A DNA stretch of 62,923 bases, the filler included, from Sphacelaria rigidula (lineage: Eukaryota): the NCBI GenBank assembly GCA_964200075.2. It is 7 parts of 7 records of this genome, joined end to end, with 100 filler letters (N's around TTAATTAATTAA, not from the genome) between each part and the next. Parts side by side here need not be neighbours in the genome. Positions count along the whole stretch, not along the records: positions 1 to 8,904 come from CAXNAA020009790.1; positions 9,005 to 17,908 come from CAXNAA020009791.1; 5 more parts are not named here. The stretch is one strand, 5' to 3'. The notes under the pieces were generated by a model, which saw only the letters and a list, made by a program, of their open reading frames with translations, was not told the origin of the DNA and did not search any database. This document shows, one piece after another, positions 1 through 11,784 of the stretch. Within the stretch, counting starts at the first letter, position 1. The number at the start of each line of letters is the position of its first letter. Both the position numbers and the translations under genes were made by a program.

Positions 1-240
1 ATGTCCCCTAGCTCGACTCTGTACACGAGTCACCCTACCCATCCGGGCGTCGGTCCTCAGTCGAATGTCTTTATAGATATATGAAAACCCCAAAAGATAT
101 ATGAACACCACTACGACATGAAGTATTCGCGACTCCCTTGTGATAATCGTTTTGCCTGCTGGTCTCTAACTGAATGCATGGACCACTTTGCCCCTTCCCC
201 CCCCGCTGACTGTGCGCATCGGGTGTGAGACATGCGGCAG

Positions 241-311
241 CTTCTGCGTTACCGTGATGTCCCGGATGACAAGTACAGCAATGCTTTCCTCGGATATGGG
301 ACAGAGAGCAG
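241..311 (+). CDS. Glyoxalase I-like (lactoylglutathione lyase, two-domain plant/Ni-type family), internal exon; the N-terminal exons lie outside the contig
   Basis: cag|CTT...AG|gtaaaa; translates LLRYRDVPDDKYSNAFLGYGTES(R), matching the GLX1 motif LLR.RD.PE.KY.NAFLGYG; ends in phase 2, matching the next exon. Not in the ORF track. Confidence 0.9.
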
Positions 312-1944
312 GTAAAACATTACAATGGGTTACAATACTAGCGTACACATGGTTGGTGGATGCTTTGCAGGTACAAATCATGCAACGAGTGTGACGCCGG
401 CAAAATTTCGCGTCTTGCGTGTGGGCGTACAGCGTTTTCCCAGTTTTGGCGTTTAGGGCGTCATGGTAGCAGTGCCAGCGCGCAGCAAGCACAGTTCCAG
501 TACTCCATTTCCCCCCCCCCTACAAACACCTCCCCTCCTCGGGACAAATCCGTAGTTTGCACGACTCAAACACAAAATCCTTCCACAATGGCGTTGATGC
601 ACCGGTTTCAGGATCACCGAGGAGTGGCGCCTGTCCGTTGGCGACGAATGCGACCGAATGTTAAGCCTTGAACCCCCAGCCCCCCAAGATCGCCCGATAT
701 CGTCCATGATCAAATGTGGCATCGGATCTGTTGTTTTCTAAGTGGTGCGATGTTCCGTTATATCTGGACAAGGAGGTGGATGTTGGGTGTTTGCATGTAA
801 ATTAGCACATGAGGACCTCTGACCATTTTTACTGGCCAAGCCACCTTGGTGTGTTTACGTTTCGGTGCGCTTAGTAGGCATTACATACTGTCGTGCGCAA
901 CTGCGTGGTGCACGCTGGCTGCCACTACTGCTACGATGTGCTCAAGCAGCGTTTCTCCACCTTGCTTCCACAGTCTTGGTACTTTCAAGGCGTTGTTCGT
1001 GCACCTCTGCATGTTTTGATATTACGGTGTTATATTATCTTAGGTGTACTCTTTTGTACGGCGCTACTGCCGTACAGTGTACCGTGCAGGCGGTCTTTTT
1101 CATCAGCAGCTAAATGTAACAAACAGTACAGTGTACACTGGTACCACCTTTACTCAGTGTTGTACAACAACGTGCGCAGCTCTTGATAACACAGAAGGTG
1201 GTAGGTGGGTGGCAGAGCTTGTGCAGAGAGCAAAATACGCCCACTTTTATGTGTGTGCCTGTAATTGACGGCGGAATAGTGAAGAGCAGCTTCAACTTCA
1301 GGTCGGCGAAAAATTGGGCAATTTGTATGAGGTTGGTGGATTTTTTCACCAATCAAAACTATCAGAATGATCACCCCACCCCTTCTAAAGCCTGTTGCTA
1401 GACCCGGAAATTTCCTGGAAACATACATGGTTAGTCTGGAAAGCATTCACCTACGATCGGGGAATCTGCTCCCCCCGTGTCGAAAACATTGAAACCCCTG
1501 GGCTGACAGCCGGTAAAACTGTTCCGAAGCGATCCTGGAGGTCAAAGGGTAAAGCCTGCGGCCGTTAATTGTAATAATGGATCACCCCGTGTCGAGGGAC
1601 GTGTCGCTGTACTTGTCGAGTCTCTCTCGTCAGTTTGTGGTCACGTGAGACGCTTGTGCGCACTGGGGTGTTGACGTTTGGTGCAGCTAGTTGCAGGTAG
1701 AGCTGCTTCTGTAGTTTCATGGGCAGAATCCGGGCTTCACCTGGGAGTTTTGTAGGGGACACTAACTGCACAATGGTCCTTTTAAACGTCGTGTCGGAAG
1801 CGAGGCACTACTTTGTGAACGAACTGAACGCTGGCCGCTCTCTACTCCTTATGTTTCAAGTCGGGCATTAAATTGTACAAAACAATTCCTGCATGCGTAT
1901 GCCCCTCTCCCGGATTTGTCGATTCCTTCTTGTCCTGCGAGCAG

Positions 1945-2101
1945 GGGGCAGCACTTCAGCATCGAGTTGACGTATAACTATGGCGTGGAGAGCTACAACA
2001 TTGGGGACGGTTTTAAAGGCATGGGACTCAGGCTTCCAGATCTAGCAGGCGTGGTGGAGAAAGCTAAGGCTGAGGGGGGCGAGATCGTATCCGGACCAGA
2101 G
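1945..2101 (+). CDS. Glyoxalase I-like exon
   Basis: cag|G GGG CAG CAC...; GQHFSIELTYNYGVESYNIGDGFKGMGLRLPDLAGVVEKAKAEGGEIVSGPE; ELTYNYG signature; predicted donor is non-canonical AG|gcaaga (GC). Confidence 0.9.
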
Positions 2102-2166
2102 GCAAGAAGAAACCTCGACAAATACTTGAGATGTTCTATCGGATGCTACAGTTGTCAACATTTATA

Positions 2167-3365
2167 CACGTCGGACAGATCAGCTCACTATAGCTCGAGC
2201 TAGCTTTTTTATAGGGTAGCTCCCTGGTGAGTTATGAGAGCTGTATGAGCTCCGCATGTTTTCCCTGCATGAGCTACGAACCCGTAGCTCATCAGCTCAA
2301 ATTCGTCCTGGGTGAGCTGTGGGAGCTGCATGAGCTACGCATGTTTGCCCTGGATGAGCTGTGAGAGATGTATGAGCTACGCATGTTTGCCCTGGATGAG
2401 CTGTGAGAGATGCATGGGCTACACATGTTTGCTCTGGATGAGCTATGAGAGCAACGGGTGCTACGCATGATTGCGCTGGTTGAGCGAAAGAGCTACGGGA
2501 GCTACGCCGATCTTGGAGTTGTTTCTGTTCCCATGCTCATGCATGTTGATATCGGAAGTACGTGACAAAGGTCAGATGTGCACACACGTGTTCCGTTTCG
2601 TGCAGCGATGGATTTGCTTTTTGCAAACATCAACAATCAACATGGCTGCATCAGAAGTCATCCGCGTCATAGCCACCACATATACACACAACCACACACA
2701 CACACAATTCGCCCTGCACGGTGACCGCGAGGGGCAGCAGCTCTTGCCGCGCTTCAGTCGGAAATACTGCCGTGGATCTGGATCCTTCGTAACAGGCGGT
2801 CGATGCGGAAGACAGGATTACACTTACTCACATAAGGACATGTTTGCCTTGCGTGAGCTATCGAGCGTAGCTCATCCGCACATGTGTTCCCTGGGTGACT
2901 GTAACAAATGCGTGAGCTACACATGTTTTTCCAGAGTGAGCTACAAGAGCTAGGTGAGCTACGCATGTTTACCTCGGGTGAGCTACCGGACGTAGCTCAT
3001 CCGTGCATGTTTTCTCTGGGTGAGCCGTGAGAGCTACATGAGCTGCACAAGTTCGCCCTGGGTGAGCTACCAACCCGTAGCTCATCAGCTCATATTCGCC
3101 CTGAGTGAGCTAAAGGATCTGTATGAGCTACGCACGTTTCCGATAGGTAAGCTACCAACCCGTAGCTCATCAGCTCATATTCGCCCTGGGTAAGCTGTGA
3201 GAGCTGCATGAGCTACGCATGGTTGTCCTGGGTGAGCTACCAACTCGTAGCTCATCAGCGCACGTTGACCATTTGTTGAGCTATCGGACGTAGCTCACAT
3301 GTACATGTTTGACTACAAGTGAGCTACCGCCCGCAGATGAGCTAGCTCAGGAGCTGTCCTACGTG
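2167..3365. mobile_element. Non-autonomous DNA transposon (CAC-terminal, CACTA/EnSpm-like architecture) in glyoxalase intron
   Basis: Imperfect TIR cacgtcggacagatc ... gagctgtcctacgtg; two arrays of ~42-bp AGCT-rich subterminal repeats (2220-2505 and 2830-3355) flank a ~330-bp unique core; flanks TA / TG. Confidence 0.55.
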
Positions 3366-3750
3366 TGAATATTTACCTGAGCTCCGCATCTATGGTACTG
3401 CACCATGCACCCAAACTGGTTTAGGTTCTACTCCGACATTATGTCTGCTTAGTTGAGCATATGTATCTGCACGCCGACTAGCTTTGGATACAAAAAATTA
3501 CTTCCTCTGGGCGTTCCAGCAATCTGAACAAGGCGCCCGGGTAACCCCTGATGCACCCGTTTATTTTGCATCATTTTTGTCTGCTAGGCCGCAGGAGCAG
3601 TAGTGGTGGTTGATCGGGACAAGATGTTCGGCCATGCATACGCACCTAATTCACAGAAAGTCATCCCCTGTCACCACCGTTTTTGTTTTCACTTGTCTCA
3701 CGGCGGGCTATATTATTTTCCCGCCTCTCATATCGCTTCATCGTACACAG

Positions 3751-3942
3751 AAAATTATCCTCGGTCCCAGTATTATTCCGGACGAACCCGTGGGCAAGGA
3801 GACCGTTGAAAATATGGCTGTCATCAAAGATCCCAACGGCTATACATTCGAAGTGACGGAAGACGCCAACAGGAGGGATCCCGTCTCGAAGGTGTCTCTG
3901 CTTGTGCTTGACATGGAGAAGACCATCGACTTCTACCAAGAT
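3751..3942 (+). CDS. Glyoxalase I-like exon
   Basis: cacag|AAA...GAT|gtgaga, 192 nt, phase 0/0; KDPNGYTFEV and DPVSKVSLLVLDMEKTIDFYQD (start of the second VOC domain). Confidence 0.92.
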
Positions 3943-4665
3943 GTGAGACACATATTGGAAGAAATTGAAGATGCATCGAAGGGAGCCTTGTATATTGTTA
4001 CTTTTTCCTTGCCTGTAGACTTTCCTTTCCAGATTGTAAGCAGAAAAATGATGGAAGTTCCGATAAGAAGACGACCGGAGTAAACAAAAAAACGTCAAAC
4101 ACACCACTCCTCTGATCCCCGGCAGGTGGCAAATGCAGAGGGCAACCTGCGCCACCCAACGTGCGTGTCTCGAGTGAGAAAAATCCGCGGGGAGGGCACT
4201 GCTATTATACGACCGTGAAGCCGTCGTCCTTGGAAATGATACACAGTCTGTCGGATAAAATGGTCTTCGTTTTTAACGGCTTCTTGATGACTGCGATTGT
4301 CTGCTTTGCCATGCCGGGAAGGTTTGAACGTGCTCCCGTCCCTTCTGCAGAAAGGATTTTCCGTACCGTTTACTCAGAACAGTAAAGGCTCGTTGTGAAA
4401 GTGTCGATTTCGAAGTATTTCTCAATTTTGATGTGACATTCGCCGCACACCCGCTTCGGAACAGACCGTGATGTTCCACAGAAAACCGGTGACACAACCA
4501 TAGTTGGCCACGAGTATTCGTGAGCATTACTAGTCGGGCCATGCAGTCTGTGGTGCTGGATCGGAAAAAACATTTAGGTTACCCACCAGGTCTTATACAC
4601 AACACGTCTCAACTGAATGATGTTGTTGTCTTGTTCATTTTTGTCCTTGGCCGCGTTCCCACCAG

Positions 4666-4887
4666 GCCCTGGGCATGACCTTGCTACGACGGAGGTCGCT
4701 TCTTCCAAGACGCACCGCTCAAGCGACGTGGATGGGGTATGCCACGGAGGATGATTCCACGGTTGTGGAATTGTACTACGAGTACGCTAGGGAAAATATT
4801 GCGAAAGGAGATGGCTATGGACAGATAGCCATCTCCACACCGGACGTGTTCAAAGCAGCGGCAGCCGTGGAGGAAACCATGTATAAT
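4666..4887 (+). CDS. Glyoxalase I-like exon
   Basis: accag|GCC...AAT|gtaagc, 222 nt; ALGMTLLRRR...MGYATEDDSTVVELYY...GDGYGQIAISTPDVFKAA. Confidence 0.92.
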
Positions 4888-5272
4888 GTAAGCGATTGTA
4901 TGTACCACGTCATCTACGCGTGCATGGGTCATTTGTTTCACGCAAAAAGCGTAGCGTGGTTAATATTGTCGGTCATGATAGTTATGCAGAATCAGTGCAG
5001 AAGACGGAATTGTGTGTTTTTTGCCTCCTGATGGATGCGCTTACCCACTTGACATCATTCAGGTCACGGAGGTTATTGTGGTGTTTTTCTGTTTCGTACC
5101 TTCCTATTCAAATCCAGTAGAGTAGTGTACGTCGCCGGTGTTGTTTAATTTCGCGGAGCCGGAGACAAAACATATATCATGTCCACACCTTGTAGCGGCA
5201 TCTTGGTACTTGTAAATTCATGGCTTATCTCACTTTCTTTAAATACGACGCTCCGTGTGTAATCGTGACTAG

Positions 5273-5404
5273 GTTACACGCGCACCAGGACCGGTACCAG
5301 GCATCGGGACCAAAATCACTGCGGTAACCGACCCCGACGGTTTCAAGACGGTTCTAGTGGACGAAGAGGACATCGAAAAGGAACTGGAGGAGGCTGAAGC
5401 GTGA
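5273..5404 (+). CDS. Glyoxalase I-like terminal exon
   Basis: tag|GTT...TGA; VTRAPGPVPGIGTKITAVTDPDGFKTVLVDEEDIEKELEEAEA*, the typical GLX1 C-terminus. Confidence 0.93.
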   Translation, partial: VTRAPGPVPGIGTKITAVTDPDGFKTVLVDEEDIEKELEEAEA

Positions 5405-8400
5405 TTAAAAGTAATGCTTCCATATACTGTTGGGTATGAGTGTTGGGTATTCGCTGCCTGGGGCCTTCGTACAGACGGAGCGGTTACGGGCAAATCGGTC
5501 ACACTCGTAAATTAATGACCATGTGGAACCATGTGGAACCGTGTGGAACCGCTACTCCGCTAACATTGAGGATGTTCCCGACAGTGGATCTTCCCAAAGG
5601 ATCTCCACAGCGAGGCGTGTTTTCTTCCATGACATGTATGCAATGATTGGGCGTGACGTGCGTGATGAGCTGTTGGAATCAATCCGCTTAGGGCACAGAA
5701 TAGCTGTGATTCCAGGGCTCGACGATGACTCTCAAGATGTTGAGCTCCTTCTACACTGTAAAAAATTGGGAGCCCGGCCAAAAGTGAAACAGGACGCACG
5801 AAAGATCGGAAAAGTGCGCTAGAATCCTCTTGGACAGCATAGCAAACCTCCCGAAGGAGACCCAATCCGCCACCAAGGCACGTATTCTGCCCAAAATCCG
5901 CGATGAAAGGCGAAAATAGGGCAGTTCTCAGAGAGGCCGTTTTCTGACTGAAAGAAGCGACCGCATATCGTATTGGCTTCCACGATCACCTCTTCATGTC
6001 GATTGGCACCGAAGGACATGTTTGATATTTATGTGATACATACATGCAAGGTTCCCTTTTGGGAGGTTAGTACGGGCCTCCCGGGGGTGACCCAAGCCGA
6101 AAATACATGGTCAAGGGAGGCGGTTGTATCTCAATGTACAGTAGTGATCGTGGCTGTACAAAACATTGCATGTGTTATCGGACAGAGTTCGGAAATATGG
6201 GAATTCGGACAGAGGCTGACGGTGGAACCGCCGGCATTGGACATGTCTGGTATTTCCGAGTTGCCAGAGTGCGAAGTTGCTCTCGTGCCACAAAGACATG
6301 ACAACGGGAGGCACTCCCGAAAAATTGGAATGCGTGGAAGATTCTTGGCATGTTCTCTGTACCTCACTGTGGCTTCGACATCACCAGGCCTTTTTTCAAA
6401 ACAGGGTGATTGTTTTCTGCGGCAAAACGTCCTGTTGTCCTGCTGTGCCTTGTTCAAGTCGCCAACGGCCCATTGCACGGTCTTGTGTTTACTGCCGAGT
6501 AAGGTCAAGGCAAAGTTCCATTGTTTTCAACTGCTTTGTTCTCATGTTTTCGTGACATTGACGGCATAACCACTGTGTACGTGCTCCAAAATGAACGAAA
6601 ATGCGAAAAAGAGAAACGCGGGAAAAAAATACCCCGCCGATAGTAATCCTGTTTGAAAACTTTCGTGATCTTCAACAGGCTTTTTTGTGGTTCGGGTTTT
6701 TGTTTCAAGTTTTCCACGATCTTGAACAGGCTTTTGTGGTTTGGGATCGACACCCCGCGAAAAAGAGCCAGCTTGAGCGACTTTCGGTGGCCAGAACACG
6801 CACCATAGGTATCAGATGACACCCAAACCTGAACGGTAATGCACCGCCGAGCCTTCTCAGTGCGCTGCAAAAAAAAGTGCGGGAAAAATGCCTTACCGCC
6901 ACAAAACCTCGGCAAAAGTGGTGAAAACTCTTCCAATTTCACGAGGTGAATTTGGTTTCTGCTGCGAGTAAAAAATCGACTAACCGTTTTTTTGCGACAT
7001 GAGTTTTTCGCCTTTTTTTGCTAGACTTTCCCGATCTAAGACTCCTATCGACTTCGTTTTTTGGGGAAAACTTTGCCAAACAGAAACCGAACGCATCCCG
7101 CTCCAAGGGGCACCGGAACACACAGCAGTTAGTTGTTGCTGCCTACATAGTATCATCCTCCAAATCTAAATCTTGAGTGAGAACACCCAGCGTGCAGCTG
7201 CTTCACACGACCACTGCGTTCAGCTACGGATCCTCCCGCACGTACCCGACAAGGGGGCAACATTCCCGTACAGACAGTAGCAGTGCTAACGGATCCCACG
7301 TCGTGACAGTCTGGCAGCCGGCAAAGTGGCTATGGTAGTGTCCTTCTAGCGATATGAACTTACAGAGCACATGGGCAGAGTTCGCAGTAGAATATTCCGG
7401 CGATCGTGTCGTGAATCGGTGGTTACCGTCTAGGGGTGAAGGGTGCCAGTCTGTGGGCACCTGAGCACCGTCGGGCTCATTCATATTCGAGCACCAACGA
7501 TTTGAACCGAGTTCGCGGTACGGACATCATGCTCAGCAGCGAAGAGACTGCGGGTTGTCACGCAGGTGCTCAAGCATATCCGCTGCATGCGAGTCAGGCT
7601 CACTTTAGATGAAGACCAGAGACACCTCTGATAACGCAGTCACGAAGATGACGTAGATGCTTCTTGTATTATCGTCGAACAGGCTAGTAGCTGCTCTGTT
7701 GGGATCAGCCCTGACAGCTTTGTGAAGAGATCACGGTAGGCAGTCGAATACCGGGCATGACAAAGTATGACACATGGAACCTAGTCGACTGGAAAATGTA
7801 AAAAAAATCCGTAACATCCCCCCAGCCTTATGTGTAAGGCTAAACAAACAATTTTAAGGGCTGGAAGGGCCGGAACAAAAACAAAGCCTGTGCATCATAC
7901 GGTAGTGGGCGCTCTAACTATTCAGGGGTGTTTTGGGGTTTTCCTCGCGTGCTACTCTTCGATAGAACTCGAAATTGCTAGCGTAGGTAGATTTTGGCAC
8001 AATAAACAGATAATTCTCGGAACACAGTGCCCAAGTCAGTGTTAGTTGGTGTTATCGAGCGATACGAGTTATTACCCCGTTTATCAGGAGGGTGTTATTG
8101 ACCGTGAAATACTGTATTTCGACTCTAGTGCAATGAGTAGATATAACTTCAAAAAATGGAACTGTATATTTCTTCACAAATATAATCGGAACAAGCTCGA
8201 TTGACCGATAATACCGAAGAGGAAGAATCTGGGCTGAAACGTGGCAGGACCGCCGATGACCGGTCAGCCCGTAAATCACTCAATATTGAGCACATAATTA
8301 TTTTTTTCTTGGAATATGGAGCGGATACAGATATCTTTAGATCCCCAACGTGACAAGCGGTGATGAGCGAAAAGAGCCCAAGAAAATCGTCAAATACGAA

Positions 8401-8849
8401 AAAATCACAAAATGCCACAAAATGAGTAGTTCGACCGCCCACCACTGTACGCCTGAAGGTAAAACGAGAAAAACCTGCAAAATTACAGTGCAGGGGAAAA
8501 CTCGTTACATATCTAATGAACAGGTAAACCCCGTCATCCAGGGAAAAACTCTACCCATTAGACAAGGAAAAAATCTTTAGCGCCCTTTTCAACGACAGAA
8601 ACAGCAGGCAAGTGCGGTCGTTGTCGTTCTCCCGGGATCTCAGCTAGACTGGAGAACGGTTGGCTGTCTACCTAATCGCGCGTCGACACCCTGGATGAAT
8701 TACACTGAATTCCGGGATAGTGCGGGGCTCAAGGCATATCCAGTACTGGCTGGATCGCTAAAAAAAACTCTCCACGAACTGATCAATAGTTATAGGAGTG
8801 CAGCCGCTGTGAGGGGTGCTCTTCCATAACTACTGACGCCTACATTAAA

Positions 8850-8904
8850 CAGGGTTGCCAGAAAAATGAGAACGTATTTTGAAATGAGAATCAACCGCTC
8901 CCCG
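8850..8904 (+). mobile_element. End of a hAT-like TIR element (contig ends inside it)
   Basis: cagggttgccagaaaaatgagaacgtattttgaaatgagaatcaaccgct; near-identical copy at 62861-62923; the CAGGGTTGCCA terminus is typical of hAT-type MITEs. Confidence 0.5.
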
Positions 8905-9004
8905 NNNNNNNNNNNNNNNNNNNNNNNNNNNNNNNNNNNNNNNNNNNNTTAATTAATTAANNNNNNNNNNNNNNNNNNNNNNNNNNNNNNNNNNNNNNNN
9001 NNNN
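8905..9004. other. Artificial contig linker N44-TTAATTAATTAA-N44
   Basis: Identical 100-bp linker occurs six times between 8903-8904 bp contigs. Confidence 0.98.
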
Positions 9005-9157
9005 CCCCCCATCCCCCCTGCCTCTTGTTTTTGTTTCCCATTCGATGCTATTTTTGTCTTCCTCACCCAAAATATGTATTGGACCGCATTTGGCCTTGTC
9101 TTGCCTTTGTTTCTTTGCTGTTGCGCATCCGAACTCCTCGCCGGTTTCTTTGCTCAG

Positions 9158-9209
9158 TGCCCGAGTGTCGGCAACTCGTACGTCGACGCAAGAGCTGGAG
9201 TGTGAACAG
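9158..9209 (+). CDS. RNF126/RNF115-like RING E3 ligase, N-terminal zinc-ribbon exon
   Basis: ctcag|T GCC...CAG|gtgata; ARVSATRTSTQELECEQ joins the next exon to give ECEQCHQTFVEEL, the C-x2-C-x3-FVEEL half of the RNF126/115 zinc ribbon. Confidence 0.75.
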
Positions 9210-9377
9210 GTGATAAACGGTAATTTGTAGCTACTGACTGCGAGTGCGCCTGATGTTCGCATCGTATAATACCGCTTCTCATGAGTTAATCGCCGTCATA
9301 AGAACTTGACAAGATTGTCTTTGTTTTTTTGGTCGCCATGTGTGTGTATGTGCCCCCCCCTCCCCCCCTCCCCCCTC

Positions 9378-9494
9378 CCTGGTACGGCGAACACCCGGCA
9401 TTGTCCGTCCCGACTTCGCAGGATGCGAGGTCGATGGTATCATGACGAGGGCATACAAGATCACGAGTACACCCCCCTGCCGACCCCGTCCCCC
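9378..9494 (+). mobile_element. Poly-C-associated retroposon 3' end, subfamily A
   Basis: cctggtacggcgaacacccggc...ggatgcgaggtcgatggt...gagtacacccccc; homologous copies at 10175-10240(-), 17447-17500, 31118-31215, 45128-45415(-), 47653-47745. Confidence 0.65.
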
Positions 9495-10174
9495 AAGTAA
9501 TTATTTTCCTGGAGCATCGAAAAACGTGTCACGCTCCAGTGTCGGCCATGCTCCAGTGTCGGCCATGCTCCAGTGTTGGCGTATTCCAGAAACACGCACA
9601 CATATTCACAAAACACAAGGAGAACGGACGGAAGTGTTGTTGCGTTCCCGAGATCCAAGGTTGGAGGTCGCACCCATGCAGCGGCACCTCAAAATAATGA
9701 ATCCCGAAAACGTCATTTGTAGATTTGATTTCAGGTCGTGCTGCGTCTTTGTTGCCACACGTTCAAGGTCGATCAATCAACCCCCTTGTAGAATTGAAAT
9801 AAAAGATCCTGAACCGTGTTTGAAAACAGACGTTTTTTCACAAGTAGCATCAAGTACGCACGCTTGGCCTGTTGAACGCCGGTACGTTTCCTAGTTACGA
9901 CGTTAAACGGACCAGCGTTTTGGGGAATGTTCGAGATCGTAGTTTTTCGTAGAGACAATGTTCACCTTAGAAGAGGCAGCTACCACGCACTTCGCCGTGC
10001 GCCGTTGTCCATTCGTGCATCAGCCACACGATGAGCAGCGCGCTGCCCTCTTATTGCAACGGTAAAAATGATCGCTCCTAGAGTATGACATGTATATGGT
10101 GAGCACACACACACACACACACACACAAAGCTAGCTTTTGCTGGACAGTCGAAAAGCGTGGCGTGGCTGGTGGC

Positions 10175-10240
10175 GGGGGGGCGGGGGTATACTCACGATC
10201 ATGCATGCCGTAGCCATAAGACCATTGACCTCGCGGATGG
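10175..10240 (-). mobile_element. Poly-C-associated retroposon 3' end, subfamily A
   Basis: Reverse complement atccgcgaggtcaatggtcttatggctacggcatgcatgatcgtgagtataccccc; G-tracts on both sides. Confidence 0.6.
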
Positions 10241-10407
10241 CCGCGGGGGGGGGGGGGGGGGAGGACGGGGGCGGGGTAGAGGCCGGGGGGGGCGGGGGGG
10301 GGGAGGGGGGGGTGGAGCATGCAGCGGGGGGTTGGGNNNNNNNNNNGGGGGGGCGCGGCTGGGGCGAGCACCAGCCCTCTCCACTAGCCATGGGGCTGGG
10401 GGGGCGT

Positions 10408-10455
<48 letters not shown>

Positions 10456-11054
10456 GGACTGGGGCGTGGTATAGGCCGGCGGGTGCGGGTGTGGTTAGGT
10501 GGTGTTTGATCATGCGACTGAGGTTTGGGATAAATTTCCCTCCACCTCCCCCCGTCCAACTGAGCAGGACGAGGCAGAAGTTGACACTCACGCACGCACA
10601 CACAAGCAACCCGCCCGGAACCGCAGCGGTGAGCTTGTCTCCCCTCACATATACACCTGCCAGCGACTGCACCGCGATAGCATTCGGGTCTCCGCCGTTG
10701 TAAGCTCCGACAGCAATCGTGGTGGGTAGCACAGATGTTGGGTGGGCAGGGGGAAAATTATAGCCGTCGTCCACCTCACCATAACTCATCATGCCGCACT
10801 CGGCAGTACGCATAGCTGAGTCCTTCCCGACTCAAACACTCTAGAAGATCTATTCCGTTATTTCATTAATATTCGGGTGTAATGCACTTTGAGTACGATC
10901 GCCATCACCCTGTAAACAAAAGACGAATTGATCTATTAGTTTTTCCACACCAATATTCCCTTCTCCTTCCCCTCCGGCGCGAACTCGTCCTCGTCCCCGT
11001 CCCCGTCGCCGTCCTCGTTTCCGTTCCCTTCCCTCCTGTTACCGCCACCTCCAG

Positions 11055-11494
11055 TGTCACCAAACGTTCGTTGAAGAGCTCATGCAAAGCGTCGTCGACA
11101 GCGAAGCCCTCGGTGATAACATCGGTTATCCCTCCGGTCCACCTTCCCATTCTCTTCAGCGCCGTCAACCCTCTTCAACCGCCGCCGCTACCGGAGGCTC
11201 TGGAGCAGATCAACGACAATCTGGCGGGAGCGGAGGTGGTGCTGGAGGCATCCCAGCGGCCATCGAAGGGACGTTGCTTCGCGGGGCGGGAGGGTTCGGA
11301 GGGATGATGGGAGGAGGCGACAGGAGCGAGGGTATTCTGCGGGCCTTGGGGATCGGTATGATGGGAGGGGAGTTGCCGCAGACGCTCAGGTCGGGTCGCC
11401 GTGGTGGGAGCGGTGGGGCGGCGGCTGGGGGCGGGGCGCGAGCGGGGGGGGAAGACGGTACTGGTGAAATGGCGTTTTTGTTCGGCAACAGTGG
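11055..11494 (+). CDS. RNF126/RNF115-like E3 ligase exon
   Basis: ctccag|TGT CAC CAA ACG TTC GTT GAA GAG CTC (CHQTFVEEL), Gly-rich linker, donor GG|gtacgt in phase 2. Confidence 0.75.
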
Positions 11495-11784
11495 GTACGT
11501 GGAAAAAGCGGTTGTGTGGTGGGTGGTGTGAGATGTGTATGCAGTCACCAAGCAGGCTATCAGATGGCTCGCCTTTTTATTATTTATTTTATTTCTTCAC
11601 TTTTTGTGTTGTTATTATGGGTCTTGTGCCATCGGCGCCGTTTCTGTTTTTTTTTTCTGTTTGTGCAGGAACGCGTTTTGGTTTTTATTTTGTAGGTTTC
11701 TTATGTTTGTTTCTTGGTTTCTTTGTTTCTTTGTTTGAGCCACCCAAACTCTTTTTTGCATGGTGTAGGATATTATGTTATATT

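Noticed and set aside
5973..6569. 198-aa ORF and other 60-250-aa ORFs in repeat regions (e.g. 20635-21366)
   Set aside because: No motifs, no splice-consistent structure, and composition typical of non-coding DNA.
7364..7460. Possible isolated minus-strand exon (ctcag|GTG...T|gtaagt)
   Set aside because: Good splice signals but no recognisable peptide or partner exon.
8949..8960. TTAATTAATTAA as a biological motif, and gene clusters across it (e.g. a ubiquitin cluster of RING, USP and OTU)
   Set aside because: Artificial linker; the genes are on unrelated contigs.
10078..10813. Poly-Pro/poly-Gly ORFs (also 31201-31873 and 35260-35699)
   Set aside because: They derive from G/C homopolymers, two of them beside 10-N gaps; the sequence looks low quality and is intronic.
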